From Guillardia theta CCMP2712 (Eukaryota > Protista > Cryptophyta): a stretch of DNA of 42,102 nucleotides. Below are positions 19,701 to 32,099 of this stretch, in pieces. A program made the translations under genes and the position numbers. Numbering within the stretch: position 1 is the first letter of the stretch; each line of letters begins with the position of its first letter. The notes under the pieces are model-generated. The model was not told where the DNA came from and did no database searches. It saw only the letters and a list, made by a program, of their open reading frames with translations. The stretch covers positions 1-42,102 of the forward strand of contig NW_005434556.1 in the NCBI RefSeq assembly GCF_000315625.1, read 5' to 3'.

Positions 19701-21150
19701 CCGAGGCCCCAGGATGTACTGGAAGACTATTTTGATGTCAGTTTGAACCCTGAAAGTTCTGGTGAAAACAAGACTCAACACGACTTGGCCCTTTTCTTCG
19801 CAAACTGGATGCCGGAAGCGGAGAGCACGAGGCAATTCAATCCCAACGACGTGAAGGCATTCCTGGATCAAATCGACAAGGGGCAACGCGACGTCGTCAA
19901 GGTCCAACTTGTTGAATCTTTTCTGCGAATGATGAACAGCGCAGATCATCGGCTTCTCCGAATTCCCCTTCACCAACGGAAGGAGACTGAAAGAGGCTGA
20001 CTGGACCATCGAGCGCGAGTACTGGCTGAAGCTCGATCGCATCGACAGGCGTGTGGCTGGGGAGGACGGTTACGTCATCCTGCATGTGCACTACGCGGGG
20101 AAGTGGACCGCCGCGCGGGACAGGCGAGACACGTCGATGATCACGCAGCTGAACATCCGACACACGACTAGGAAGGTGGAGCTCGCGTACCATCGCAAGT
20201 GCGTGGACCTGAACAAGTGGAAGGAAAGGCACGGGAGCGAGGTGCTCCCAAACCTGCCAGCTCAAGGCTGGCGCTGGCGGGAGAATCCGGGCATCTGCAG
20301 GTCCATGCATGGGCTGCTGATGGAAGCAGAGCGTTGCACCAGCTGGGTGCGGTCTCTTGTTATCCCTAAAGCCTTGTCGCTTGCAACTCCAGCAGGAGCA
20401 AGGAAAGCACTGATCATCAGCAACAAGAAGTACCAGCACACGCAGATCAAGGACCTTCCCAATGCCATCATGGACGGCTCGAAGCTTGAATCAGCCCTTA
20501 TGGAGCTGGGGTGGGATGTGGAGTTCGAGGTGAACTTGGGGCTCGAGGACATGGTAAAGGCTGTGAAGGGCTTCAGGGACTCTGTGAGGGAGGACCGCGA
20601 TGCCGCCTTGTTCGCTTTCATCGGGCATGCGGTAGAAGTCAACGGGAAACTTTTCCTCATCCCCAAGGGCTTTCAGGCAGACAGCTTGACGGACGAAGAC
20701 ATGGAGGAAGATCTTCAGAGCTTTGCCCTGCCCTTCAGCAAGGTTCAATCTTTCTTGCGAACTGCAAGGAAGGGACGAAATCCAACTGTTTTCGTACTCG
20801 ACTGCTGTCGCAGCAACGGGCTCTCCGCCTCTGCCTCTCGGTCCTTTGATGTAGGAACAGACAAGCTCAGCGCTCCTGGGATCGACGTGGTCAACTCTTG
20901 CGTTGTCTATTCCACGCAGGCCGGACAGGTAGCACAGGATGGGGAGCCAGGGCGTGGGGGACCTTTCATGTCGGTGTTTGCGGCGAACATCCTTGTAGAG
21001 GACAAGAGTTTGAACGATGTGATGGAAGAGACAAGGAAATCTGTGATGAACAAGACCAACATGGTCCAGATGGCCCCGTTTGTGTCAATGCTTACGGAGG
21101 CCTTCTACTTCAACCCTAGCTGTCGGGTTGATGGTATGAACTTAGCGTGA
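16745..21150 (+). CDS. Multi-exon gene (~893 aa): microexon-encoded Cys-rich/Zn-finger-like N-terminus, coiled coil, TK/TKL kinase, unknown domain, caspase-like (C14) protease
   Basis: Manual splice model with all introns GT-AG and phase 0: 16745-16762, 16873-16911, 13 microexons (16996-18279), 18348-18383, 18451-18654, 18710-19633, 19689-19901, 19945-21150; no in-frame stop. Kinase motifs HRDLAARN, DYG, RWMAPE, SDVWAFG; caspase motifs RKALIISN, FIGHAV, VLDCCR. The first exon is the least certain part. Confidence 0.75.
16996..18279 (+). other. Array of twelve 3-nt exons and one 6-nt exon separated by related ~85-112-nt introns (~108-bp periodicity)
   Basis: AG|NNN|GTAAG at 16996 GCG, 17109 AGA, 17211 GGA, 17319 GAT, 17428 GCA, 17534 TAT, 17644 AAA, 17752 GGA, 17861 CTG, 17965 TGG, 18073 CGT and 18277 AAT; AG|TGCTGC|GTAAG at 18188. 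Confidence 0.8.
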
Positions 21151-21574
21151 AGCGTGTGGAATTCCATCATTGTTCTGGAAGAGTAAAACGATACTATGAC
21201 GTAGCTCTAGAGCAGCTCCTTGTGCGCCAGGAGCATACAAGCGGCACCATTAATGTACAGCTCTCACAGTAATATTGTTGATGCTCTGTAAGATCGTTCC
21301 AGGTTTCAAGGCTGTTGCTTTTTCCCTGATCACAACCGCTGTGAGCTGTCAATTGCACATGACTACCATGTCTACGGGGGGTTTGCCTGATTGTTGATGA
21401 GGCAGCCAGGCTGAATCTTTCACGGCACGAAGCTCGTGATCGTTCAGTCGGGTGAAAGATCATATCATCTACAGACAAATTCCACCTGTCCTTCTATTTC
21501 GGTTCTTTTTGTGTTGAAGGCTGTCCCACCCGCACCCTGACGTCACCATACTTGCCGCGTCACTTTCGGATCAG

Positions 21575-21958
21575 CATGGAAGTCACTAAATATTAGATGT
21601 TATCTTGAAGGCTGGGCTTGACGAGCGGGTCTGCAGTCTGGGAGGCTTGTTTGGAGCTGGGATCTACCTAGCTGAGAACTCGAGCAAGAGCGACGAGTAC
21701 TGCACGCCAGACAGCCGCGGGATCTGTCGTATGTTTGTGGTGCGAGCTGTGCTGGGATCGTCTTACGAGGCCATGCAAGCGATGAACAATGTACGGCTAC
21801 CACCAGTAATGCCGGGCAGCGACCGCCTGCATGACTCAGTGATTGGTGTGACAAAGGATACGCATCCTTCAGCGTTCTTGGAAAAGTACAGGGAGTTCAT
21901 CGTCTACGACCGGCGACAGACATACCCTGAGTTGCTGGTGGAGTTCAAGAGGGTGTGA
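21575..21958 (+). pseudogene. PARP/ADP-ribosyltransferase catalytic-domain fragment (tankyrase/PARP12-like motifs)
   Basis: HGS at 21575, in-frame TAA at 21587, then GLFGAGIYLAENSSKSDEY, MFVVRAVLG, DSV and YREFIVYDRRQTYPE (H-Y-E motif order). Confidence 0.75.
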
Positions 21959-22299
21959 GCTTGTATTGAGCCTTGCATCAGTTGCTCTATGGACAAGCTG
22001 CGGGACAATAGGGGGGGAAGAGTTTGTTTACATTCCTGTCGATACATCGACTGAGAGAAAATTCTCAGGTTTCGGGCAATCTGACAGTTGCATGTAGGAA
22101 GCAGGACACATCTGTATTGTCTCGCCCAGTTGGAAGATTTTGACAGTTAGGTTGACCATGTCGGTTCCATCCGGCTGGTTGTACCAACTACAATAGAAGT
22201 AGTAGTAAACATCCCCAGCAATCACGATTGCTCCAGACTGTGACGTGTAAGTTTGACCACAACTGACATCTCTGAACCCGTTGTGCTTCGCAGGACTTG

Positions 22300-25100
22300 A
22301 CCTTTCGAGTCATCCTTGAGCCTTCTCCTGACCCACATCTTCCTTGCTCTTGTCAACTTTCTCCATGCCCTCAGGATTGCCCACAGAATGTTCATCAAAA
22401 CCTACCATCATATCTCTACCAGGGTATCATCCAGTGGCTCACGAACTGCCAGCTATCTGCTCGATCTGTCTCAGAATACATGTCGCTCCTCCTCAATGAT
22501 CTCGTTGACCCCGACACAACAATGAGATGCATGTGCTGGCCTGCTCGCTGAAGGTGGACAAGAAGGACCGACTGGGGGTGGAGATGAGGGAAGATGACGA
22601 AGAAGAGGAGGACATGGAAGAAGAGCAAGGCGAGGGCGAGGAAGGAGACGGGGTGAGCCCGCACCGAGCTTGTGCTGAGCTGCACCTGAAGCAAGACAAC
22701 GCGGTGAAGTCGAAGAGCAACCGACGAGCCGGCAAGGTAGGCAAGGTAAGGAGAAAAGGTAGGAGGCAACCGAATGCCAAGGTGAGGAGAGGCAACTCTT
22801 CTGACTGAGGCTGAGGAAGCTGAAGGGAGGAGAAGTAGTTGGCGACTGAAGGCCGAGGGGAGGAGGGGCAACTCTCCCGACCGAGGCTGAGGAAGCCAAG
22901 GGAAGATTGCAGAAGTAGAAAGAAGGAAGAGACCTCAGAAGCAGGGTGAGCATTGCAGGCTGTGTACTCCCAGTACTCGCGCGCCTCTTTAGACTAGAAT
23001 TGTATATGTGAGGGCTGATAAGCAGCTTGAACAACATACTAGCATTCTAATAAACTCACATAATAATAATGATATGGCAGGGAGACCGCACAGGCAGATC
23101 AAACACATGAAAGAGAAGATTGAGAGGAAAGGTTTAGATGTCATGAAAGAGACCGTCTGATGCTGAGGTGGGGAGTGCTTGAAACACGTCAAATGTAACC
23201 GACAAGATCTGTGAATCTCGATCTCAGCTACAGAATGATGAAGGGGAGGGAAAGTGTGAAGGCCTGGGCAAGAAGAGAGATGAAGTCTTACATTTCAAGA
23301 TCGTCTTCCTAGCGATGAGATTGTGTCGAGCTTTCAAGGAAAAGTTTAGGAGCTTCCCCTTCCTCCTTAACCTGCATCTCTCCAAGCAGCCCAACGCCAA
23401 CATGCGCACAGCCATGCTTGAGGATGGACTTTACCCAGATGCTTGAATATTCAAACCTCGACTGAAGATAAAAGACTTTCTTCAAAAGATTATTTGGTTA
23501 TGTGCCCTTATATACTCCTTAAATCCAAGGTAGAATCGACGTGACTTGACAGAAGGATCACTAAGTTTCTTCCGCTTCTTTGGTTCATCAACGGAAATTC
23601 ACCTGCCCTGTCTTGTGAGTTCGACTCTGACTCTGTTGCCTGCTGGTCGTTTCAAATCTCTATCTCAAGTTGCAACGTTGCTCGTTCAATTTCGCATCTC
23701 TCTGTGAGTTATGGATCTTTATGTCATCTCTCTTCGCTTCTCCTACTGTACAACTCTTGAGGTCCACAATCACAGTTCCGATCAAATCGTCAGAAGACAT
23801 CTGCGCACTTGAGCAGGCCAGCAAAGATTAAAATTGAAAAGTGCGCACATTGTCTTCATCCCAGAGGGTGATGGTGTGAGAATTGTCGTGTCGCCTCGAA
23901 GCCTCCAGGTAAACGTTTCGTTCCATGTCGGCGAGGTGCTCTGAGGACGAGCAATGAAGGCTAATGAATCTAGTCAAGGACATCGCTCGCCTGATTGTTC
24001 GTCCGCAGCCTTTTTGCCACCGCAAAGTTCGACGCCAGTCGGTCCAGTTGAACAGTAGGTAGACATCTATGTCTACCTATCTATCTAGTTGAACAGTAGG
24101 TAGACATCTATCATGTTCTTGGCGTAGGCGACAACTGAAAACTTTCGTCGGTGATGAAGTTTATCCGTCACCTCCATCCCTATGTTCCAAGGGATCTTTC
24201 CCCCTACGTCCCAACTGAAAGTCACCTTGCAGTAGGACAAGATGTTCCTGACCGCGTTGTATGCTATCAACTCTACAGAGACTTCATTGGTCTCAAAGTC
24301 GATGAACTTTCCATCCTCTGAGCTCGTCAGCATGTTCATTGCTTGCTGCCTCGACAGCCGCTCGTCGAAGTAAATCTTCAAGTTGTCAGCCTCCTTCCTG
24401 ACAACAACATTAGGGCTCTTGTAAGTCAGAGCCATTGACGTCGTGTGCCAGTTCATCGGGAGACAACTGGCCGTCGAGGTTGAGGTCGAGGTGGTTGGAG
24501 TCGTGGCTGTCCGGGAAAAAGCCAGAAGAATAGGAGATCACTTTCTCCGACTTTTGTCGAGGTACCAGTGTCGCTCGCTGTCCCCGTAGAAATCATTTTC
24601 TCTCAAACTGTCATCGTAAGGCTGCTGAAGGGTGAAAAGCTTGGGTCGAACCCGAAGGGAGTGGGCATGAAACCGGTCAGAGCGAGGAGCGTGTAGTTGC
24701 GGAACCCTGGATTCTTGATGTGATCCACGCACGTGGACAGGCTCTTCATACGCTTCTGCGGATGACAAGAGCTGCGACCAGGCGGTTGAATGGCGTCAGC
24801 TCCAGTAAGTGGGCGTGATAGGAGGAATCACAGTTGGCGCGCCGGAGGTCGAAGAGCCAAAACACCAAATCTCAAAGTCATAAAGTCATAACGATTTTGA
24901 GATGAAGAGGAAAGGCTTTCCAGGAGAGCTGTAGCGTTGACACTTGGAGGGAAGCCGCCGGATCCAGGGCATTTCTCTTGAGGACACACATACTGAAATC
25001 CATCATGCTCATGTACCGGCTCATCAGGGAGGATGCTGAAATGATTGTAAATCTCAGGAAAGCTCATCATCAGAACTTCATGCTCTTTTGTAATTCCTTT
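22300..25100 (-). pseudogene. Disrupted polycystin (PKD2/TRPP)-like channel gene; boundaries approximate
   Basis: FIDFETNEVSVELIAYNAVRNILSYCKVTFSWDVGGKI resembles the polycystin extracellular motif; hydrophobic fragments downstream; broken by a 41-bp duplication near 24070 and probably by the retroelement copy. Confidence 0.5.
22524..23070 (+). mobile_element. 5'-truncated, diverged copy of the telomeric element (ORF1 end + 3' UTR + TAA tail)
   Basis: MHVLACSLKVDKKDRL..EEEEDMEEEQGEGEE matches the ORF1 C-terminus; ends TAAACTCACATAATAATAAT as the telomeric copies do; AATGA on both sides (22521-22525 and 23068-23072). Confidence 0.88.
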
Positions 25101-26124
25101 CCCATATCGAAGGTGTCGTGGTTATGCTCGAGTGAAGGCGACGCACAGACGTGTATCCGCAGGCAGTGAGCGCGCACTGAGCCTCCCCTTCCAAGCAGGT
25201 GACACACTCTTCGCTCTTCTTCACTCCGTCGCTCATTCTCTCCCTATCGCACTGCTCCTGTAGGTTTCACACAGCTCTTTGAAGGCAGGTCGATCAGTCT
25301 TCTTCTCCTTCCAGCCCTACGAGCAAGGCGCTCGCTGCTTTCTCTGATGCCACCAGTCAAGGAAGATACATACCACCTACCTTGCCCATTCACGCAAATA
25401 CGATACAGTAAACGTCAGAAAATTGATTCCGAAAGAACGATTGATCTTCCGCCATTGCTTCTGACTGATGTTTTAAGATCGATCTCGATCTGAAGAACAT
25501 CAAGTAAGAGGAGTGTAATCAACCAACACAGCGGCCGCTGTCTTCATGGCCATGAGGAAGACGCGATTCAGAGGATACAGGGAAACACAAGGGATATGGA
25601 GGGCAAGCAGCTCAGCAGCTTCTCTACCAAACGTGCAGGTCAAGCGGCAACCAAGCGTCTCATCGCGACATTTTGTTGTCTTGGGAGGTGTAGACAATGC
25701 GAGCCCGCCTCGGCGTTCTGAGAGGAAGCAATGTCGAGGAGCGCAATATGGTTGGAAACACGGGGAGGAGAAGCAGAGCAAGGGGAAGGGGAGAGGAAGA
25801 GAAGGGATGAGAACGATGAAGATCAGAAGCAAGAGATGGAAGGGGAGAGGAAGAGACAGCAAGAGATCGACGAGGAAAAGCGCTCAATATGATAGCGAGA
25901 GGAGGATGATGATGATGGTCTCAGGCGAGGTTGAAGCAAGAAGGCACAAGGCAAATTTGATAATGCAGCATTCAAAACAATGTTTAGAAAAGATGATATT
26001 CGATCGAAGATGTGTTTACAAGAGATGATCTGCAATATGAAACTAAAAGCAGAGAACGTTGTTTGATATGCTCTGCAGGTTTGAAACATTTCAACTTGAT
26101 GTCACGAGCCCGACATTAAGCGTC

Positions 26125-29100
26125 ATGGCACAAGAAAGTTCCGGTGCTCGTAGAAGCAGAACGGATGCTGTTTGGATCCACTCAGGATCTCCTCATTGCT
26201 GCGTATACAGTGGGCACTCGGACTCAGTGATCTGCTTGCATGGAACAAGAGGGAAGTTGATCAGCGGATCGGTGGATTCGACCATCAGAGTTTGGTCGAC
26301 CAGTCAGCCCACGTGTGAGGCCGTACTGGAAGGACACACTGATTGGGTTCGATGCATCGACTGCCGTGGATCCACGATAGTGAGTGGCTCAGATGACTGC
26401 ACGATCAAGATATGGGACCTTGACAGTGGAAAGCTCATGAAGAGCATCGAGGCGAAGTCCATGAACTGTCTGCAACTGTTCGGGGATGTTGTCTTCTACG
26501 GAAGCGAAGAAGGGAGCATCTTCATTCTCGATGTCGAAACCGGGCAGCAGCTTGCCGCACTCACTGGTCACTCGCAGTCAATCAATTGTATGCAGATCTG
26601 GGATGAGGGAGAAGTGCTGGTGACAGGCTCGGGCGACTGCACCGTTCGCTTCTGGTCGCTGGCGAATCATCAATGCCTGTACATCTACCAGCATCATTCA
26701 TTCTCAGTCAATTGTCTTTGTATTGCTGACTCCACGCTGTTCACGGGATCAGGCGACTGCACATTGAGGGCCATAAAGATAAGCAATAACCAGACTGATG
26801 GCGAAGGCATCAGTTTTTCAGGACATACCTCGCCAGTGTTCTGCCTGCATGTGAAGAACGAACTTCTCTTTAGCGGTGCAGGAGATTGCTCAGTGCGAGT
26901 CTGGAACAAGATGACCGGAGAGTGTGTCCTACACCTCCCGGGATCTCCTGGCACGAGCGATATCATGCGAGCAACAGGGCACATGGACTGGGTGAATGCC
27001 ATCTGGGCCGATGGGGAAGTTGTGTTTTCAGGGTCAGTGGACAAGACGATCAGAAGGTGGCATATTCCTTCGCTCATCGCAAACGCGTCTCAGTCGCGAG
27101 ACGTGGAGCTTCCGGACATGTCATGGTCAAGAAACGAACAAGAGGCAAGGAAAGGGAGCCGAGAAGATATGTACGACAACTTTTCCTGGGGTTTCAACAA
27201 TGATGGAGCTCTGGGCCTCGGGACCACAGATGCTGTTGGATCGCCCTGTCCAATCATAGCCCTCCAAGGACTGCTGGTGGTCAGTGTGGCGTGTGGTGGA
27301 GGGTCGGAGGAGCAGCACTCAGCAGCAGTTACGGAGCAGGGGCAGGTACAGCTCCTTCCTCCTGCTTGTGCCGTCGTATCGGGTGATTTTCTCTTTCAGG
27401 TCTACACGTGGGGGTCTGGGAAGAGTGGGCAGCTGGGTCATGGAGATAGTCAGAATTTGGTTCTGCCGCGACTGATCGTCGGCTTGCAATCAAACCCGAT
27501 AGTGGAGGTCTGTAACCTACTCCCTCTTCCCCTCCCTCCTCCCTTTTCCTCTCTCTCCTCTCCTTTCTCCTCCCTCCCTCCTCCCTCCCTCCTCCCTCCC
27601 TCCACTGCCTCCTGCACTCGCTGAGGTGGCAGCAGGTTGCGTGCGGGTCGGCACACACGGTGGTTGTTTCCAAGGCAGGGCTTGTGTTCGCGTGGGGCTG
27701 GGGACATTTCGGACAGCTAGGAGTCGGCAGCACACGTGAGGAGTGTGACTAAAATTGTTTGTTAGTGATGAGCGTTGGTGGCAGACAACTCCAACGACCC
27801 TGTCCAAGTCACTTCTCTTGACGGCGTCAAAGTCTGTAAGGTCGCATGTGGATCCGCACATACGGCTGTCGTGACAGAGAGCGGCCACGTGTACACCTGG
27901 GGATGGGGAGTGAACGGACAGGTTGCCCAGCCCGCGATCCTCCCGATTGACTGACCAGGCTGCTAGCTCGGGCATGGCGATGACGCGAGTCAGTCGCGTC
28001 CCATGTACGTGAAGAAACTGCATGGAATCTACGTCTCAACACTTGCTTGTGGCCTCGCACATACGGTATGGGACAGCAAGGTGAATTTATGCCAACAAGT
28101 TCCTGATTGTGCTCAGGTTGTCGTCTCTGAAGTGGATCGTGCTGTTTTCTCTTGGGGCTGGGATGAGTACGGACAACTTGGTCATGGCGGTTGGGACATC
28201 TTCGGTGGAAACAAGAATAGATCTCCTCGTCCCATCAAAGATCTCCAAGTAAATTCTGAAGGGGGGAGCGGGAGGGGGGGGGGGGGGGTGGTTCACGGAG
28301 AGGAAGGTGGAGGAGATTTTGGCAAAATTTCTGTGTGTGGGATCTGATCTGATCTGAACGGGATAGGAAAAAGCGATCAAGCAGATAGCATGTGGCAGCT
28401 CCTACACTCTTGCCTTGTCGTCTCGTGGAGATGTATACGCGTTTGGGTGGGGGAAAGATGGGCAGCTAGGTACACATTTCGTTTCAGATCTGAGTGAAGC
28501 TGACATGTCGAGAAGGCCTTGGTAACAGCGCTAAAGAGCGGAAGACTCCGACGCTGATCAAGGGCTTGTCAAACATTTCATTCATCGCAGCTTGTGGATC
28601 TCACAGCTTTGCCGTCACGACGACTGGGCAGGTGAGCCATTGCGGTTTCAAGAGTTTGAAGGCTCTGACGCAAGCCTGCGAAGATTTATGCGTGGGGCAA
28701 CAACTCGGTCGGTCAGCTGGGAGTGGGGAGGTCCGCGTCTCTTTGCGCTCCAACCAAGCTCACTGCGCTTGCGGGTGCCGCTGAGGCTGCGAGACTCGAT
28801 GACTCGGCTTGACCTTCCCTGCTGCAGGCCGTCGCTGCCGCACAGTCGCTTGTGCTGGAGGAGTGAAGTACGGGCACAGCATCGCCCTTGTCTATCCAGG
28901 AGGAGGAGACTCCTTCGAATCCATTCCTGTCCCCGACGGTCCTCCCATCGCCAGCCACAAACTCAACGCTGCCCCAGCCCTCTCGCCTCCTGCAAAGCCA
29001 AACAAACCCCCTCCTCCTGCCCCTGTTCCTACTCCTAATTCTCCCACCTCGCTCGCTTCCGCACCTCCTCCTGCTCCTCCTGCCCATACTCCTTCTCTTG

Positions 29101-31779
29101 TCCCGGCCGATAGCACGATGCTTGGATCGCCTGTGGGTGACTGGACGCAAGAGAGCAGGATACTGTCACCCGAAGTGGAGGAACTGTTTCTGATACAACA
29201 GCAGAGCAAGCAGCAGATTGAGAGCAAAAGCCCGATCAACTTGTTGGAGTCACCAGACTTTCAGAGCGCTCCTCCGTCATCGCTCCTCGAGGAGGAGGAG
29301 ACGGAGCCGTCAGCGTTCGACTTTATCGCCAAGGAGCAGGGATTTGCTTCTTCGCCTCTGATGGCGCCCAGCGAAGAAGGAGCGAGCCATGCCAAGACTC
29401 AGCTGACCGCCCTCGACAGGCTGCAGCAGATGTGCGAGCGCGTCAACGTCTCGCAGGAGGACCATGACAGCGGGCTGAACCGCCTGCTCTCCGAGTTCCA
29501 AACCGAAATCGATGAGAAGCAGCGCGAAAAGAAAGCCCTGGTGCAACGCAGGAAAGACCTGGCGAAACAAGAGACGCTTGTCGGCATGAGGCTGAGGGAG
29601 GCGCAGGAGTCGCTTGTGAAGGAGGCTAAAGCTGAGCGTTATGACGCGGCTCAGCAGATGGAGGACGAGGTGAAAGAGCTTCAAGCTGAGCTCATGCGAA
29701 TCGCCGCCGAGTGCAGGAAGTTGATCGAGTCGTATGAGAGTCTCGACAGTGAGCAGGAGGAGTATCACCGCAAAGCCATCTTGGCGAGGAGAGAGGCCTG
29801 CAAGTTCTTGTCCTCCGTCCAGCAGGACGCGAGCGCTAAAGCTCAACAGTACGTGCGTGACGCGCACACGCGCCTTGAGGGGATGAGGGTGTCGATCGAG
29901 CGAGATGAAACGGCTCTGGTCACCAAGCAAGCGAAGCTGCAGGAGTCTCACAAGGAGATGGAGACGTTGATCGTGGCGAGCTCAGACCAGCAGGAGAGGG
30001 AAAAGAGAAGGAGAGACGTCGAGGAGGCCGAAAAGCGCTTGACCGACGTCCGCGAGGAGTGTTCGTCTATTGAGGACCAGATCGCCGCTTTGCAACGAGC
30101 CCTCAAGGTCAAGAGGGAGGAGGAAGAGAGATGGGTGCTGGAGGTCTCGAGGGCTCAGTTTGCTCTGCAGCAGCTGAGCGAGAGCGAGTCAGAGATCACC
30201 TGGCAGATGAGACAGGAGCAGTCTCGTCTCGAGGTCGAGCTGCAGCGAGTGGGGAACGACCTGGAGGAAGTAGCCTCGAATCGTCAGGTGCTGGAGAGAG
30301 AAAGAGAGCTGCTGCAGATGGCGGAGGAGGAGAGCTGCAAGACCATGGACAAGCTCTCGAGCGTGATATCGATCGCCAACGAGGAGCTCGAGACGATTGT
30401 AACGGCGTTGAACCGAAAGCATGAGCTGTCGCTGAGGAGGAAGAAGCTGATATGTGATGAGGGCGACAGCCCGGCCCCGGCCAGAGGTCACGCGGACGAG
30501 CATGAGTCGATCGCTCAACGGATAGAAGATTGTGAGAAGACGATCTACGAGATGTCCGAAGAGGCTCTGAACTTGCAGCAAAGCATCTCACGGATGCGTC
30601 AGACAGTCGCGAAGATGGACGGGCAGGTGTCAGAGCTGCAGGTCAAGAAGCAGGTGGCGGTTGACAAGCGAGCCTTCAAAGATGCCTCGCACATCAACTC
30701 GCAGATCAAGGCTCTCAGCATCACGCGAGAGACCGAGGCCGAGGCCTTGAACGACCACATCAGCCAGCTGGAGCAGCTCAACGGGAAGCTGGAGGAGCAG
30801 CGGAGGATCAGCCAGCAGCTCGCCCAGACGTCCATGGGGGTCGAGGCCCGCTCGCAGGAGCATAGGATGCAGATGCTGCACGCCAAGGGGAGAGAACTGC
30901 AGCTGCTGCTTGAGGAGGAGATTGACATCAATGACTTCGAATCCGCTGCTCTCCTTCAGCTGGAGCTCGACTGGATCCAAGAGCAGACGAATTCTCAGCA
31001 GCCTTGTCTGCCTGGTCAACCTGCTGATCTTCCGCATCTCGATCGAGTCTTGCCCTCGGCTCAGGTTGTGCCGACCATGAGACCTGCGGTAGACTCTCTC
31101 GCCCTCCTCTCCTCTCCCCTCCTCTCCTCTCCTCTCCTCTCCTCTCCTCTCCTCTCCTCTCCTCTCCTCGTCCTCTCCTCNNNNNNNNNNNNNNNNNNNN
31201 NNNNNNNNNNNNNNNNNNNNNNNNNNNNNNNNNNNNNNNNNNNNNNNNNNNNNNNNNNNNNNNNNNNNNNNNNNNNNNNNTCCTCTCCCTCCCTCCTCGC
31301 CTCTCCAGTCCTCTCCATCCTCCTCTACGTCCTCTTCTCCCCTTCCCCTCCCTCCCTCCTTTCTCTCTTGCCCTTCCCTCGCTCTCGTATCCTCCTCCTT
31401 CCCTTCCTATCTCCCTCCCTCCTTCCCTCCCGTCTCTCCCTTCTCCTGTCGCATTTGTTCGTGTTCTTGTTCATTTGTCTCTCACGCAGGATTCCTCTGA
31501 GGACGCTCGACGACAGGGAGCCGACAAGGCACTGCAGCAGCTCCAGAGCAAGATAGATGCTCTACACCAGCAGGCATGTTTGAGCCAGCCATGGCGTCTG
31601 TCGCTCATTCGGTTTGTGTAGCTCGAAGCGGCTCTGTGCGAGGAGGACTACGATCTGTGCGACGTCTTGAACGTGAGGTCAGCAGCTCTCGATCACACCT
31701 GACGACTATGCAGGCTGAGATAACATCCCTGACGCACGAGCGAGAAGCTCTGCTGGATCCCGACCTCGTAGCTCAATGA
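26125..31779 (+). CDS. WD40-repeat + RCC1-repeat + Pro-rich + long coiled-coil protein (multi-exon)
   Basis: GH..SGSxDxTI.VW WD40 repeats (26125-27070); RCC1 repeats (VYTWGSGKSGQLGHG, VACG..HT) across short introns; coiled coil ~29400-30980. Confidence 0.85.
31181..31280. other. Assembly gap (100 N) within a (CTCCT)n intronic tract
   Basis: Run of N. Confidence 0.99.
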
Positions 31780-32099
31780 ACCTTTACTGCTTCATCTTTC
31801 TCGTCCCCTCTCTACACTTCTGCCCACATCATCCGACTTACTGAAGGCACATCTTTGGACCTGGAGGGCATTTATCAGACCAGCATCCCTCCTCAATCCC
31901 TAGAGGCACTTCCTTCCTCCCCCCCTGCAAGTACTCCTTCCTCCCTCCTCACAAGTGCTTCCTCCTTCCTCCCTCCTCACAAGTGCTTCCTCCTTCCTCC
32001 CTAGAGTTGCTTCCTCCTCTCTCACCCTCTCCCAACTCGCTCGAGCATGCGAGATCCCCAGAAGGTCGAGGAGGTTTGAGGTCGAGACCTGGGAAGGGT

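Noticed and set aside
22028-22290. Short minus-strand ORF (..YYYFYCSWYNQPDG..)
   Set aside because: Looks coding-like but has no recognisable family or gene structure; not enough support to call.
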